Origin: Trichosphaerium sp. ATCC 40318
Taxonomy: Eukaryota > Protista > Tubulinea
Length of the DNA stretch: 64,000 bases
NCBI GenBank assembly: GCA_038496445.1
Contig: JALMLS010000420.1
Location: 1 to 64,000, forward strand
Reading direction: 5' to 3'
Shown piece after piece: positions 27,482 through 41,100 of this stretch. The notes under the pieces are model-generated. The model did no database searches. It had not been told where the DNA came from and saw nothing but the letters and a program-made list of their open reading frames with translations. How positions within the stretch are numbered: the stretch's first letter is position 1; each line of letters starts with the position of its first letter. The position numbers were made by a program, and so were the translations under genes.

Positions 27482-28544
27482 ATGTCCACAGCAAAGCTAC
27501 TTGGCGCATTACTAGCAGTGTTTTCTGTTGCAGGGACCACACTTACAGTGTATCACCTCGTCCAATTTTTGAACCCTAACCCACCAACGGACAATACCAT
27601 GTCGGTACGTATCCACAACAGCGTCGTAACATATTTTTAATGAATATAGCCGTTATCTCCTTCTCAGTTCTCATACGCTGTTCTATTTGACGCGTTACTG
27701 GTTGCCGTATTCATGGCGTCACACAGGTATTGTTTTGTTGTTTGGTTTTCTTTCTTGGGTTGTTTTACGCTCATTATTGACTCCGTTAGTGGTTTGGCGC
27801 AGAAAAGACAAGTCCTTCCTATTGAACCTTTTGCCAGGCGCGCTATCTACACACTCGTATCTGTAGTTACATTGGAAACCTTAATATGGTTATGGAAGGT
27901 ATGCAAGGAGTTCTCTGCACGTTGCTTACCAATAACCCTCCTTAGCCACTACCAAAACATGTGTGGGTACTCGAAACACCATTGCTCGTATCGTTGGTGA
28001 CTATCGTGCACTACGTTGGATGGGTTGTACTTTTGTTGTCTTTCCTATCGATCGATCCGCTCTCTTTCCTCGGTGCAAAGCAAGCCCTCATTGCAGACTC
28101 AACCGTAGACGCTGAGACTGCAAAGACCCCCGCCACTCAAAGGCTTTACAAAAACTTGCGTCACCCTCAATTCCTTGGTTTTGCTGTACGTTGGTTGCAT
28201 CAACCCCAATTAATATTAACATTTTTTTTTTAAATGATAATATTTTTCGGGCAGTGCACACCTTAATTTAACTGCTTTTATAGGTTGTCATTTGGACTAC
28301 GAGCGCAATGTCTTTGGATAGATTCTTGTTGTGTCTTTTGTTCAGCATGTACCTCATGTTTGGCCACAGATTGGACGACCAGGACGTAGACTACGTCAAA
28401 TCACGTGCGTGTTATAGCTATTCAACATTTTGAGGCAGCCACGATCCCATCGTATTTCCTTTACCGTGTTATTCACACTTTGTAACAGGTGTTGGTGGCA
28501 AGTTCAATCAACTGAGAGAGAACACAAACCCATGGTGCGTTTAA
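27482..28544 (+). CDS. NRM: Nurim-like nuclear envelope membrane protein
   Basis: LLVAVFMASHS, RAIYTLVS..L..LIWLWKPL, DPLSFLGAKQ, LYKNLRHP, MSLDRFLL..YL..GHRLDDQDVDYV. Last exon approximate. Confidence 0.8.
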
Positions 28545-28862
28545 ACCACATTTTATTCTTTTATTGTACAACGTGCAAATCATCTTTGCATTGTGGACGT
28601 TTGCAGCCAAACAAAGTTTTGTACAGTAGCGATTGTTTGGCTGCAAACAAAATCTATTTACTTTTTTTTTGTTTTTTTTTTCTCTTCCATGAGAGGGACG
28701 TAGAGGGGGACAGAATACTCATTACATTGTAGGAGAAATTATTGAGCACTCGTCACCCTTATGCCCAGTACATGCTTCGTGTATAGAAGCAGTGCGTCTA
28801 TGTGGTTATTTTGTTCTTGAAACAATAAAAAATAGAACAAACCAAAAAAAAAAAAAAGTGTA

Positions 28863-30068
28863 TCACTCCTCCATTGCATCTTCACTGTAGTCTGACGCAT
28901 ACGACCCCAAGTCTTCGTCTTGTTCGTTTTCTTCATCTCCTTCACTTTTTTCGTCTGCGTCACCTTGTGCGCTGTCTTCTTGACTGGCCGATTGACTAGG
29001 CGAAGAACCTTTGGCATCCTTTTCTTCGCTTTCTGGCTCCTCGTCTTCTCCCTCTTCTTCTTCATCGGCGTCATCTTCGTCCTCGTCTTGCTCGTCCATG
29101 TCGTCATTGGCTTCGTCATAGTCTCCAAAGCCAACTAATTCCTCTTGATCGTTCTCTTGTTCTTCCTGTTCTGAACCTTTTGCCGACTCTTCTTCTTCTT
29201 CTTTAACTTGCTTCTTGACCAGAGATGGCGTTTCAGACCATGTCACTGAACAAAAACTGGTCAGCGGTTTGATTCTTTGGGTTAATGACATGTCGTTCAT
29301 GACTCTAAACGTACAGTTATTGCCACGATTTGTGTAGCTGCCATAGATGGAGAGTATGCCCCTCTTTGATGCGTTAACCCTGTTGATGAAAGACGATTAG
29401 TTGTGTGAAGGGCCCGAGTGCTGAGGATTATCTGTTGGCAACGTACTTTACAACGGTAAACCAAACTGTTTGATCGGCTGTGAAATTAGCGTTGGCAGGT
29501 AGGTCCCTTACAGTGACATTGAAATAGCCGTACACCTACGATGGAGGTTAGTTGAGGGGAGGTCTTAAAACAACAATCCCAAATCCCAAAAACACACATG
29601 TCATACCTGCACGGACATATAATCGTGCCCTACTTGTGTGACGCTGTAGATAATATTAAACCGTAAATCTGAACCGCAGTTGTCACGGACTTTGATGGCA
29701 ACCACCTGCTGCTACTAACAAAAAAAAAAGCACGTACCGACCGCTCAACCTATGTCCAGGTTTTGGATCAAACACCAATACAGTTGCTAGCGTTTTAACT
29801 TGTACTTGACAGGTTTCCGTGATTTTACCATAACAGTCGCTTATACGCAAGTTTTGCCATGCCACTAGCACGCCATTCATTTTGTAGCTGTGTCTACGCG
29901 TTGTGTTATTACATTATCTTGTTTTGAGAAATGTTTACAAATTAAACTTTCGTACGTCAAGAATAGGCTTTTGTACGCTCCACGAATGGTATTTGAAAGA
30001 GCCTTGCCATGGAGACTGCTCGGTTGCAAGCTGAGTACAAGCTCTACGTCGCGCTGTGTAAATGCCAT
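28863..30068 (-). CDS. RPA43: RNA polymerase I subunit RPA43-like with long acidic tail
   Basis: LSLQPS, LTYSYKMNGVLVAWQN, VLVFDPKPGHRLSG, VYGYFNVTV and GILSIYGS fit the RPB7/RPA43 SHS2+OB pattern. D/E-rich C-terminus. Confidence 0.75.
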
Positions 30069-30202
30069 TGTGAAGCGTTTAATACTGTTGTCCCGAACTA
30101 TGCAATACAACCGTTGACTTTTTGGTTAAGACAACCGACCAGACCGTCAAGTGAGGCATTGAAGAATTATTTTTACACCCAGCAATTTGAACTAGTACCG
30201 CC

Positions 30203-31988
30203 ATGGAACAGTACGCACACACTACAGCCTTGATAGCTCTTTAAATACGCTGTGTAGGGGTTTGCCAATTGCTCCTAAAGACTACAGTTATTCAAACTCG
30301 CCAGAAGAGCTACGGCAAAAATATGAAAACCTGCTCGCCAAGGGCGCAGAGGAACCGCAAAACATAGATTTAAACATGAGCGAGTTGCGTACAATGGTAT
30401 TACGCGAAGGGCTCCCTCCTGAGACTGGCGTACGTCCAATTAAGTTAATAAAACGGCTTGGCTTTCAATTGTTCCTGCATCCGTTACGTGGTCGCCATAG
30501 TATTTACAACCTTACAGAGAGAGCGGGATACACAACCAGACAACTTTTGCACGTTGCGTGGACGCGTTTGGAAAATTTTATTGAGGTACATAGGCAAAAG
30601 CGGCTATAATTAAACTTTACCCATATCTGGACATCCAATACTCACTGTACAAAGGGTGAAGGAACTAGATGCAGAAAAATACATTAATGCTGTAGGCAAG
30701 GCACGTATTTTTATTTTTTTTGTAAATCACGTGTCAATGACAAGTACACACGTACATGTTCAGACTACAAGTACATGAACATACTACACTCACCAAACAA
30801 AACCTTCAAAACGTTTTTTGGATGTTGTTTGTTTCACATCTGAAAAAGAGAACTAGGGACCTAGTTTGCAAGTGGGTATTATAAGTGATGATGTTGCGCG
30901 TACATTTAGTACCGATGAAACCTTTTGGATGAAGATTGGAGGCAAGGATAAAGGCACTGTCAAATTAAACAGGCTTCTCAATGCTTTCATCATGTACCTC
31001 AGTGCGTAACCCAAAATGCTCAATCATCTTCCATTCACAAAAAGCTATCTAACGACCAATCGAAAAACAACAGGAGATGATAGTTCCTTGGGTATTAGCT
31101 ATGTACAAGGGATGAACTGTGTCCTCGCTCCGTTTCTCTATGTGATGCCGGAGGTCGACGCTTTTTTTTCATTTGCCACACTCATAACGAAACACTGTCC
31201 TCAATACTTCTCCAGTGGCATCAAAGGCGCTTACAAAGGTGTTGATGTACGTATTCTTTTGAAGGTTCTGTTCTAGCGTTTTACTTACTTGCGATTGTCT
31301 CCCTTCTCTAGATGTTCCAGTCAATCATCAAGTATGTCGATCTAGAGCTCGCAACACATCTTATAGCACACGATATGGAGGGCATATTCGCTTTGTCTCG
31401 TATCCTCTTCTTTATTTTTATTGTTATCGGGTAGTTGGCGTGGTATGCCAGGCATACTCGAGCCATGACGAACTCGATACATTCACTTTAGTTTTTTTTC
31501 CTTGACAGATTGTAACCAGCAATATTGAGTTTCAGCAGCAACACAAAACCCTTTAACGAACTGTTGCGACTGTGGGACTTTCTATTCGCATTTGGTGTGC
31601 ATCTTAATGTGTTGGTGGCAGTGGCACAAGTCGTCTTACTCAGAACCGAGCTCTTGTCCACAAACAAGTGCGCCAGCTGTAACAACTTACATACATCTAA
31701 TTTTCCCCCAAGTCCGTTAACAGTCTTTGGCGTGTCTACGCGTTGGCCACTATTGGGTAAGTGCAATGTTTGTTTTGACTTTTTTTTTGATCAAAGGAAA
31801 AACTGTTACAAGAACCCAACGTTTTTATAAAAAATGTGATTCCCCCTCTTACAACACCCATTTTACAGTCCTCCCACTGACGTTGTGTCGTAGATACGGA
31901 AGTATTGATACCTTTGCTCCTTCAAATAGTGAGCGCATTGCCCACAGAGTTATTTGATGAACTCGTCAATCACCCTCTGGTCCCTTGA
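30203..31988 (+). CDS. BUB2: TBC-domain GAP, Bub2/Cdc16 type
   Basis: LRTMVLREGLP, LRGRVWKILL, DDVARTF, YVQGMNCVLAPFLYVMPEVDAFFSF, LRLWDFLFAFGVHLNVLVAVAQVVLLR, ELVNHP. Confidence 0.88.
31400..31519 (+). other. U12-type (minor spliceosome) GT-AG intron in BUB2
   Basis: 5' site GTATCCTCTT and branch site TTTTCCTTGAC (31496-31506) about 14 nt before the AG. Removal gives in-frame IFALSPILSFSS. Confidence 0.88.
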
Positions 31989-32323
31989 CAACTCCCTCTA
32001 GACTAAAGTCGGATTGATTAATGCGCTTGAAAGAATGTTGCCTACTACTACTAGTCGCAATTATTGCGACGACTAGCGCTCTTTATATATAATTATATAC
32101 ATTAACTAGTTACACAATATATAGCTGTACATTGTGCAGCAACTTGTTCCTATGCCGATTTGTCGTCGTATTACAGTTGTGGTTCCTAGATTGTGCTTTT
32201 ACATAGCGGCTGGCAGTGCAGTGCGTTCCATGGGACAATTACTTTAACGGTTTTTTTTGTACATGCGTTGCCGTGATGTCCACCCCCCAATAAAAAAGAA
32301 TGTCAAGTCAATGTGTAGCACTG

Positions 32324-33038
32324 TTATAACTTTTCCCAAACGTCTTTGCCTTTGTCCACAGTGATATCGTCGGTAGTACAGCTGAGGTGAGGTGGGTGAG
32401 CGTCAGAGAAAAAGATGCCTCTGTGCCCATAAGTTCCTGTTGCTGTCACTTGTATTTTTATCTTGTCGCCTTTTACCAAACAAAATGTGGAGTGCTCTGG
32501 CAGAATGCAAAATTCCATATTGTAGACTGTATTAGCTTGATCGATATTAGCGACCCAGGCTCTATCACATAGTGTTGTATGAGACCCATCTGGCTTTACA
32601 CTGTTAACAGTTACGGTTATATCCTTGTTTGGTGTCGCACTGCCGACATAAAGGTGCACTGTTATGATCCCTAAATGTCAGTTGAGAGCAGGATCTAGCG
32701 CAAAACGCAGCAGCCGTTTTTACCTTTTATCCGCGCGTTTTTTTTCCAAGTTGGGGTTTCGAATGAGAGCGTCTCTGTTGGTGGCGCTAGTGTATTGTGC
32801 TCTGAGGCCATGCGCGTGTAGTCCCATATATCAGTTCTACGAAGCTCTACAATTAGCTATTGTGTACTAGTACGTATTTTTTCATGCAGTACCTGATTGT
32901 GTCTTCAGTTGCTAGCATCGGGAAGTCGTTGTGTAAAAAGTTGTAGTTGTCAGGTGGTAATATTGATTTGATGTCGTGAATACTTGAGAGCTTGGAAATC
33001 TCCTGCTTTTTCGCGTAAATACCGGTATGTCCCAAAAC
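32324..33038 (-). CDS. Protein with a PepX_C/CocE-NonD C-terminal jelly-roll-like domain; start uncertain
   Basis: Spliced TLSFETPTWKKNARIKGIITVHLYVGSATPNKDITVTVNSVKPDGSHTTL...FCLVKGDKIKIQV resembles the non-catalytic C-terminal domain of CocE/NonD hydrolases. Confidence 0.55.
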
Positions 33039-33329
33039 CTACCACAGCGCTTACTACGCATGTGTAAGTGATTTGGCAGCATTTTTAAGTCGAGAATTAT
33101 TTTCGTGAGTGTACAGGAATTGGCACTTCCTAATTCAGACTTTTGTGTCACTCACTTTGATAAGAAATACGCTACATTGTTCTTGAACACTAAAGGTTGC
33201 ACGAAAATCTAATGTAGGGATCATAATAAAGAATTTAACCGCGCCTACTTACTCACTTACGGTCAATATTTTTCTTGCTTTTTTTTTTTGCATTCTTGCG
33301 TGTTTCTTGCTTCTACACTTTTTAACGCA

Positions 33330-34721
33330 ATGGACGAAGCCCAAATCAATGAACTTGTCGACACGCTTGGCCACAGTACAAACTGGAACACCCGCGCTGT
33401 ACGCAAAAAAAACGTTGGTTACCTCTGAAATTTACTGTCACTGTAGGTAGTGCGTGGTTGTAACGAATACACCAAGTATTACAAGCGAAAATTTTCAAAG
33501 GATAACAATCTGTTCTCAGATGATCCAGAGGCCATGCTACCTCCTATAAAATTGAGTTTCTTACTTAATAGTATCCCTGAAGAAACAACAGTCCGAAACC
33601 CGATTCATATGTGCGTAGTTTTAAATATTACACGTTTTATACGCGTACGGTTAAGTTTTGAAGCCGGTGTAAAATAATTTCTGGTTTTTTGAGCAATTTA
33701 CAAACAATTACAGTCGACTAGCACATTTCCTTCTCTTGCGAACTTACTCTTTGGTTTTTTTCCTGTTTTGTTCAATGCAATAATTAATAATACGTAGTTC
33801 GCTGCCGCACTCACTATACAAAGATAAACCGGTGTTTCTAGTAGTGACAAGTGACATTAAGAAAAAACGAATTAAAGAAAGGAACATTCCAAACTTAAAA
33901 GTTACAACAATAGCAAAAGTTAAGACAAAATACTACCGCTATGAAGTGCAACGTCGGTTAAAGATTCAGTACGATCTATTCTTGTGTGAAGCGCACGTGT
34001 ACGGCGATCTCATTCAGCTGTGGGCCTCCAAAAAAGCTGCATGGACAACAGATGTATTGAGGTAAGCTAACAGTAACATACATCAACATGCTTGCATTGC
34101 TCGCATTATTTTTGTGTTCTAGAGTCCTCAAGATGAAAAAAGCTAACTGTATAATTGTAGATATCCTATTCCTGTTAACATACGCGGACTATACGTCAAA
34201 TTCGATTACAGTAAGTACAGAGACAGCACAGCACTGCGATTTACAAATAATGAGCACACGTACGTTGTTTTTAGTTTACGCAAAAAGGGCAGTAATTAAA
34301 TAATTGCCATTTCATAAACATTGCATTTACAATCTTTTGTGTTTGGTTTATTTTTCTCTAAACTTGTCACTTTGTAGAAAATTGTATGTAGCTAGACCTT
34401 CCTTCACAGCACGTCAAATGGCAGAAAATGTGATTGCTGTATTTAAAGCTATGGCCTCACAGCTACCAAAGGGATGGTCCAGTACGTCAACAAAACGCAC
34501 ACAACTCGTTGTTTGCTTACTTTGAGTTCTCACTAGGTGTGTACACAGTTTACCTTACAGTTGCCAACGAGATTAAGGGAGGTGAGCCTATGGTTCCAAT
34601 CTACTACCACACACCGCAAGTCATCAACGCTGCCATAAACACCCAAAAACGCACTCGTGATGCGTGCGCTGGCACGGATGAAGAGCGTCCCAACAAGCTA
34701 CAAAAAATCGAATCCAACTAA
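33330..34721 (+). CDS. RSL1D1: Ribosomal L1 domain-containing protein (RSL1D1/Utp30/Cic1 family)
   Basis: PIHISLPHSLY, KVKTKYYRYEVQRRLKIQYDLFLCE, YPIPVNI, QMAENVIAV, LPKGWSSV, VPIY. Confidence 0.78.
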
Positions 34722-35142
34722 AAAAACACTGTACTGCGAGAAGAAACAATTTTCTCTCTTTTCCACTACATCCTTTGTAAAAACAAAAAATACATATACC
34801 CACCCAACATCCGCACGTGTCTTTTTCCTTCCCAAGATCAAATCACATACAGCCTCTCGTGATCAAAAACCTTGCTGCCACTTGTTGAAGGTATTATTTA
34901 CTACTTTAGACGGAGAGGTATGACGATCAATATTGCTTTCACGGGGCCGTGCAAGCGTAGTTTTTTTCTTCCGCTTTTGGCTTGTAAACGGCGTATTCGC
35001 TGTGCTCTGTAGCTGCTTTCAAGCAATAGTGCAATAAAAGTCAAATTTGTACCATTCATCGGAGGTTCAATTCCGGTCTTTATACACGCAATATCGCCAA
35101 AAAACCAGTTGGATACGAACGCAAGAACGTAGATAGACAAAA

Positions 35143-38100
35143 ATGCACGCTAGCGTCTTATGCGTGTATTTGCTTTGTGCGTGCGGTTATATATCTATCG
35201 CATTCTCACAATTGATTGCGGGGGGTCCTGGGTACAAAAACATTACTACCACATCTAGATACGCGCAATTACTAATGTCACTTTTTTAAACAGATACGCT
35301 GCTACAGCTTACACCAGAGAACACTATATGGTTATACCTAACACAAATTTATTCACATCACGAGACTTTACGATAGAATTTTGGGCGTACGATACAGCGC
35401 TATCGAGAGTGCCCTCTATCGTGGCCTACGCTGTTAATCGCGGTCCTGGCAGTAAGCTACCAGGGTCACTTGATGATCAAAGGTACCAACCAGCCCGGAA
35501 AAACCAGACAATTGCAATAACTTCGTTTTTGGTTTGACTCTAATATTCTTTGGTAGATTAACGCTATTGGCTGGTGACTCTAGCATCTTGTTCTATTTGG
35601 ATGTTGTTGTGGAGGCAGAAACACCACAACTTACCTCTGGCTGGCACCATTACGCTATTTCTTTTGCAGACAGCGACAAAGTAGCGGCTTTTTACCTGGT
35701 ACGTGCTATCACGATTAGTTTTGGTTTTTTTTTTTACCAGATTTACCTCTTTGTTTTCATAGTTTGTTGTTGGCTTCAAACTAACTCTCATGGTAATGTA
35801 TAGGACGGTGTTGAGTTATTTGCCTCTACCTTGAGTGGGTTAGATACAGTGAGTGCTTTAGAGAATGGAGGAGCGTTTGTTATTGGAAATGAGCAGGTAT
35901 GTAGTATGCACGCATAAAGTGCAACTATCATTATATTAGGGTCCCATGTTGAGTTAATCATATAATCCATAGGACGATCTGGGTTCAGGATTCGACGCTT
36001 CTAGAGCGTGGGTTGGCCAAATAGATGAGCTCAGAGTATGGTCTAGGCGTAGGACAGGTGCGTTGCGGCGGGACTTTGAGGTAGTATCTCTTTGTCGCTT
36101 AGCTTATTTTCATAGTTGCTGAAATACGAGCCTTGATGAACGTTGGCATAACAACGGCGCAATCTGGATCACTGGTTGGTCTCACAGGACTCTATAACTT
36201 CGAGCAATATAATGCCTCCGAAAAAGAGGTAAAACACATTAATTTTATTTTTTTGAAAAAAAGAGCAGTGCTGCTTGTTCTATTCGTGCCTCACTAAAAT
36301 TACTCAAGATTCCAAATGCAATTGGAACTGGATCTTCAATGTTCCTTGCGCACTGGGACATCGAAAACAACGTGTACACTGTTGGTGGCGGTGCGCAGAA
36401 GAGTGGTGTTCGTGGTGTGTCGTCTGCGCCAATCGTGAGTCAGGACGCGCCTACTGTAGTTACAGCTGTTGCCAATGTCGATAGAGTATGTTCGATACCA
36501 CATCTGTTACGCTGTTGTTAACTCTTGCTCGAGGTTATTACACTGCGAGCAAACGATGCCAGTAATGGGCAGCTCGCATACACTATCGCACAGTTTCCAA
36601 CCTATGGATCGCTGTACAAGACTGATGGTGTCACTCAGATATCAACGACGTCAGCTGTGATTGGATCCAACCAACTCATTTACCGCAACGCAGGGTCTGG
36701 ACCTGTCAATGATACTTTTATGTATCAAGTTAGTAACGGTGCACAACAAGCTACAGGATCGGTACTGGTACTTCAAAACACAGCCCCTGTGGCTGTAGAT
36801 GCTGTTATTCCATCAGGTACCAACCGCCACTCTTGGCTGTTTTTTATTTTTTTCGGTTTTTTTATCCAAGTAACAAAAAAACTGTACCGGCCGCTATGCC
36901 GACTATTAACACTGCACTAGAGGAGGATCTACCCGTTGTTGTACAACTAGATTGCGAAGATCCTGATGGAGATTTGCTAACAGCCACAATTGCGTCTCTT
37001 CCAACATCAGGTGCTTTATTTCAATTGGCGGATGACAAAGTGTCTCAAGGTACACTTGTTAAATATCGGTTTCCTTTTTTTTTAATTATGTTTTTATTTA
37101 GGCTCTGTTATCTCCTTGGGTGACACAGTGACACATGCGTCACGTGCGGTGGTATACTCTCCGCCATTGAATGAACCTGCAGATGCAAATTTCACGTTTA
37201 CATGCAGCGATGGCGTGGTTCAATCCAATGCAGGCAACGTACAAATATCTGTAGTTGCGTTCAACGACAAGGCCTTTGTTGGCGGTGGATTATTCGCTGT
37301 AGACATGGATGGCATTGGTGCTTATTTAAATTTCCCAAGTTCTTCTGTACCCATTACTGCCTTTGATTTTTGGCTAAATCCAAGGGTACCTACACTTCTT
37401 CTCTTTTCTATTTTTGTTGATTTTGTTTTGCAAAATGGTTAATTGCCATGTATTTCTTTTTACAAAAGAGTTGTACAACGGTGTGTTAACTGAGATACTT
37501 TAGGCACCGTACGACAAGTCAGTGATTACCATTCTTTCATGGGCTGACATTGACATTAATTTGGGGTACAACCAAGCTACGCAGTCATATTCCATGTGGG
37601 CAGTTAGCACCATTTCAAAGCGATCAGCGACTCCGCCTGTTGGGAGTATACCGACTGGCAATTGGACACATGTGGCGATGGACATTAAAAACAATACCCT
37701 TCGCTTTTTTGTAAACCAACTCGAGGTCGGCACTGCACCTTCCTTGTTTTCCTCTATTGATCCTTCGTCTTTTAATCTCGGAAGAGGAAAGTTTGGTGAG
37801 GGTTTCTACAACGGGGAGGTCGAAGAGGCACGACATTTTTTACCAGGCCCGCTTTTTTTTTGAACGCATGATTTTTCTGCATTCTTGGGCAAACAATGTA
37901 ACTATTCCTTGTTGCTGTACTATTCATTATTTCGTTACCAGTCTAACTTGGCATTAGCTTCGTTTGTGGAATACACCGTACACCCAGGCAGCTCTGTTGT
38001 GGTCTTCTAGACACGCAGTGATTGGCGACGAATTTGGATTGTTGACTGCTTGGGGCTTAAACGAGGGCACAGGTACTGTTGCAAAGAGCGTTGGTCGCAT

Positions 38101-41100
38101 TCTGCAGGCGTACGTATTTTATAGAGCCGTTGTGGTGTGTTGGCTACCATTTATTTACAAGAGTGTTTTTAGCGGTTCTTTTCGTGGATCGCCTAACAAG
38201 CCAAGATGGACACAATCTTCTCTGCCTGGTCGCGATACAGTCTACATTGACGAAGACAGTGCCGGTGTTATGATACGTATGCCGTATGTGGATGTTGAAG
38301 GGGATCTTGCAGCAATTCTTATCTTGTCATTGCCTGAAAAGGGTACACTGTATCAGGTACGCTTGCAAAAGGAATGAACATATTTTGTTCTAACAAACGC
38401 AATATCTCAGGTGAGAGAAGATGACACTTTAGGAGATGCATTTGGTCCAACAGACTTTTACCAAGTACATTACATATAGTGTGTATATATTATATAGTTT
38501 TGGCGTTTAGTAAATAGATAGATAACTCACACAAAAAACCTACAACATGTGTTTTATAGACATGCATATTTTTTTTTTTTCAAACCCATTCATTATTTAT
38601 ACGTGGCTTTAGGCTTGGCTATCTGACCAAGAGCCTGTATCCCAGTGGGTATCTGGCGTGAGCGAGTGGTCGTCCCAGTTTGGATCTGGACCTAGTTACC
38701 ACACACTTCAAATATTGGGCGAGCCATCTACCTTTATTGAAACGAGATCGACTCAAGAAACTGGGTATGTAGTTCAATGCCTACAAAAATAATTAAAAGA
38801 TTGATTATTTAAATAGAGATTGCGCCTGCGCTTGGTCTCCAGCAAAGCAGTGTGCAAGGGAATGGTCAAGTACGCCTGTTTTTAAATTGGCTATTTATTA
38901 TTATTATTGTTTATTCTATTTGGAACGTCATCATCAACCCTAACTGATATGCAGATGGTACTGTCAGCATGGACTATTTAGAGTTTGAATATGAGCAGGA
39001 GGTGTTTGTGACCGGCTTTGAGTTTTACGAGAATTACTATCCAGGGGCTGTCTCACAAATTTACCTCATGCATCCGGACGGCACTTGGAGAGCCGCCTAC
39101 AACGAACCACCACAACAATTACCCAATGAATATAGGGTGTTTAGACCATACCTTGAGTGCAAACGTACAACCCCTTTTGAATATCCACGTTCTAATTTCT
39201 GATTTTTTTTAATTATTATTATTATGTATTAATTACTTCCAAATTGAATTATTTTTCTTGTTTGTACTAGCTAACCGGCATCACTTAGTTCTATTTAAAA
39301 CGAGAAAGGTTCGCATTGTACACGACACTTGTGCTGGTACGGTTCTGTCATTGAGATATTATAATATTGACGTTTAATGTTAGTGGATGGTTGGAACGAG
39401 TTGGACGCGATCAAGATGATTGGCATTCCTACTTTGAAGGCTGTACGATAGCTTGTTGATAATATGTTTGACGGTTTATGTGACACACTGAATAGGGCGT
39501 AGTATCAAACAGCCAAGGCAAAGTGTTCTATGTGCCGTTTGAAAACGAGAGCGGTGAGGATGAGATTGAATTTCGCATTACCGATTGTCCCTACGAAGTG
39601 GAGAGAGAAAGCATATCAGGTTTCCTTAAGTGTACGTCTTTCTATGTACTTGTCCTTGTTTACATATGTACAGTTCAAATTACGCCTTCGAACGATGTGC
39701 CGCTGACTGTCTCTCAAAAACTGAATGCTAGCGAAAACGTAAACTTGGAGATACGCCTCAACGGTACTGATCTAGATGGTGGCGACAACACTTCTGCAAT
39801 CATTCTTTCAATGCCTAGCAATGCCAGATTGTGGAATGTAGATGCTGTTACAGGCAGCACAAGCAGTGAAATCACAACAGCGTAAGCGACCATTTCTTTG
39901 GTTTTTTTTTTGTTGGCATGTTTGGCGTTGTATTTATTACCTTCCTTGCGCATCGTTATTTGACAAGTGATAGATCGCCGACTGTTACGCATCCAGACTC
40001 TGTTCTTATCTATGAGCAAACGTCTGGGACATGTGGGTTCGGATTTGACAAATTCACGTTTTACTTTTGTGACAAAGCCCTCACTTGTTCCAATGTCTCC
40101 GAAGTACGTTTTTATACTTGGCTCCTGTATACCTCGGCACACTACTCACTTGGTTCTATACAGGCGGCAATAGATATGTACTGCACGCCTGGCGAACATG
40201 ATCTTTCAAGCGGTCTGATATATGTCCTTGGAGCAGTGACTGGTGTTCTAATCTTCATTGCACTTGTCTTGATTTGCTTCACGTTTTATGTTGGTTTTAT
40301 TGCGCGAATATCTCAGTTTATGGTGCGTAGCGCAAAATTGGGTCACTTTAACACCAGGAGTAGATTGCCTCACCAGTTTTCCTTCTGATAGTGCTCATGG
40401 GCGCAATACTATCATACAGCACTGTCTTTGTGTGGATGATTACTGTCTCTGCACAGAGCTGTTTAGCACGAGTATGGGTCTTGAATTTGGGAATCACCAT
40501 CATGTTCTCGTATGTGTGCGCTTGTGCCCACCTATTTTTAATGTATTTAGTGGCTTGTTTGTAAAAACATGGCGTGTCTACCGAATTTTCAGCAACAAAA
40601 AGTTGAAAGTATCCAAAGTTCCAGATAGACATCTTTGGATCATCATCTGCATTATTCTTGTACCGTGAATTCTTGATTGATCGTCTACTCATCTATTTTG
40701 TAGGCGGTACAGCTGGTGGCATTGGCTATCTACTCCTTTGTAGACCCACCACGAGTGAGCGGTTCAGTTGAACCTGGCAATCTTGTTAACACACAGCTCA
40801 CATGTACTACAAACTACTGGACATTGGCTATGCTCATGGCCCTTCAAGTACGCTTCACTGCCCTTTTTTTTTGGTTTCAGGTTGTTGGTTGTAGATTAAT
40901 TGTTTGCTTTCAAAGATTGTGCTCATTATTTGGGGTGTATTCCTTGCTGTTGGCACATGGAAAGTTAGTACTGTATATAATGAGAGTCGGTACATTGCTG
41001 TATCTATTTATGTGTTTGCGGGTGTTGGTGCTATTGTGGTATGTACTTACTTGTTGGGAATTATTTTCTTTTTTTGTATTTATGCATCGATAGGTTCCAA

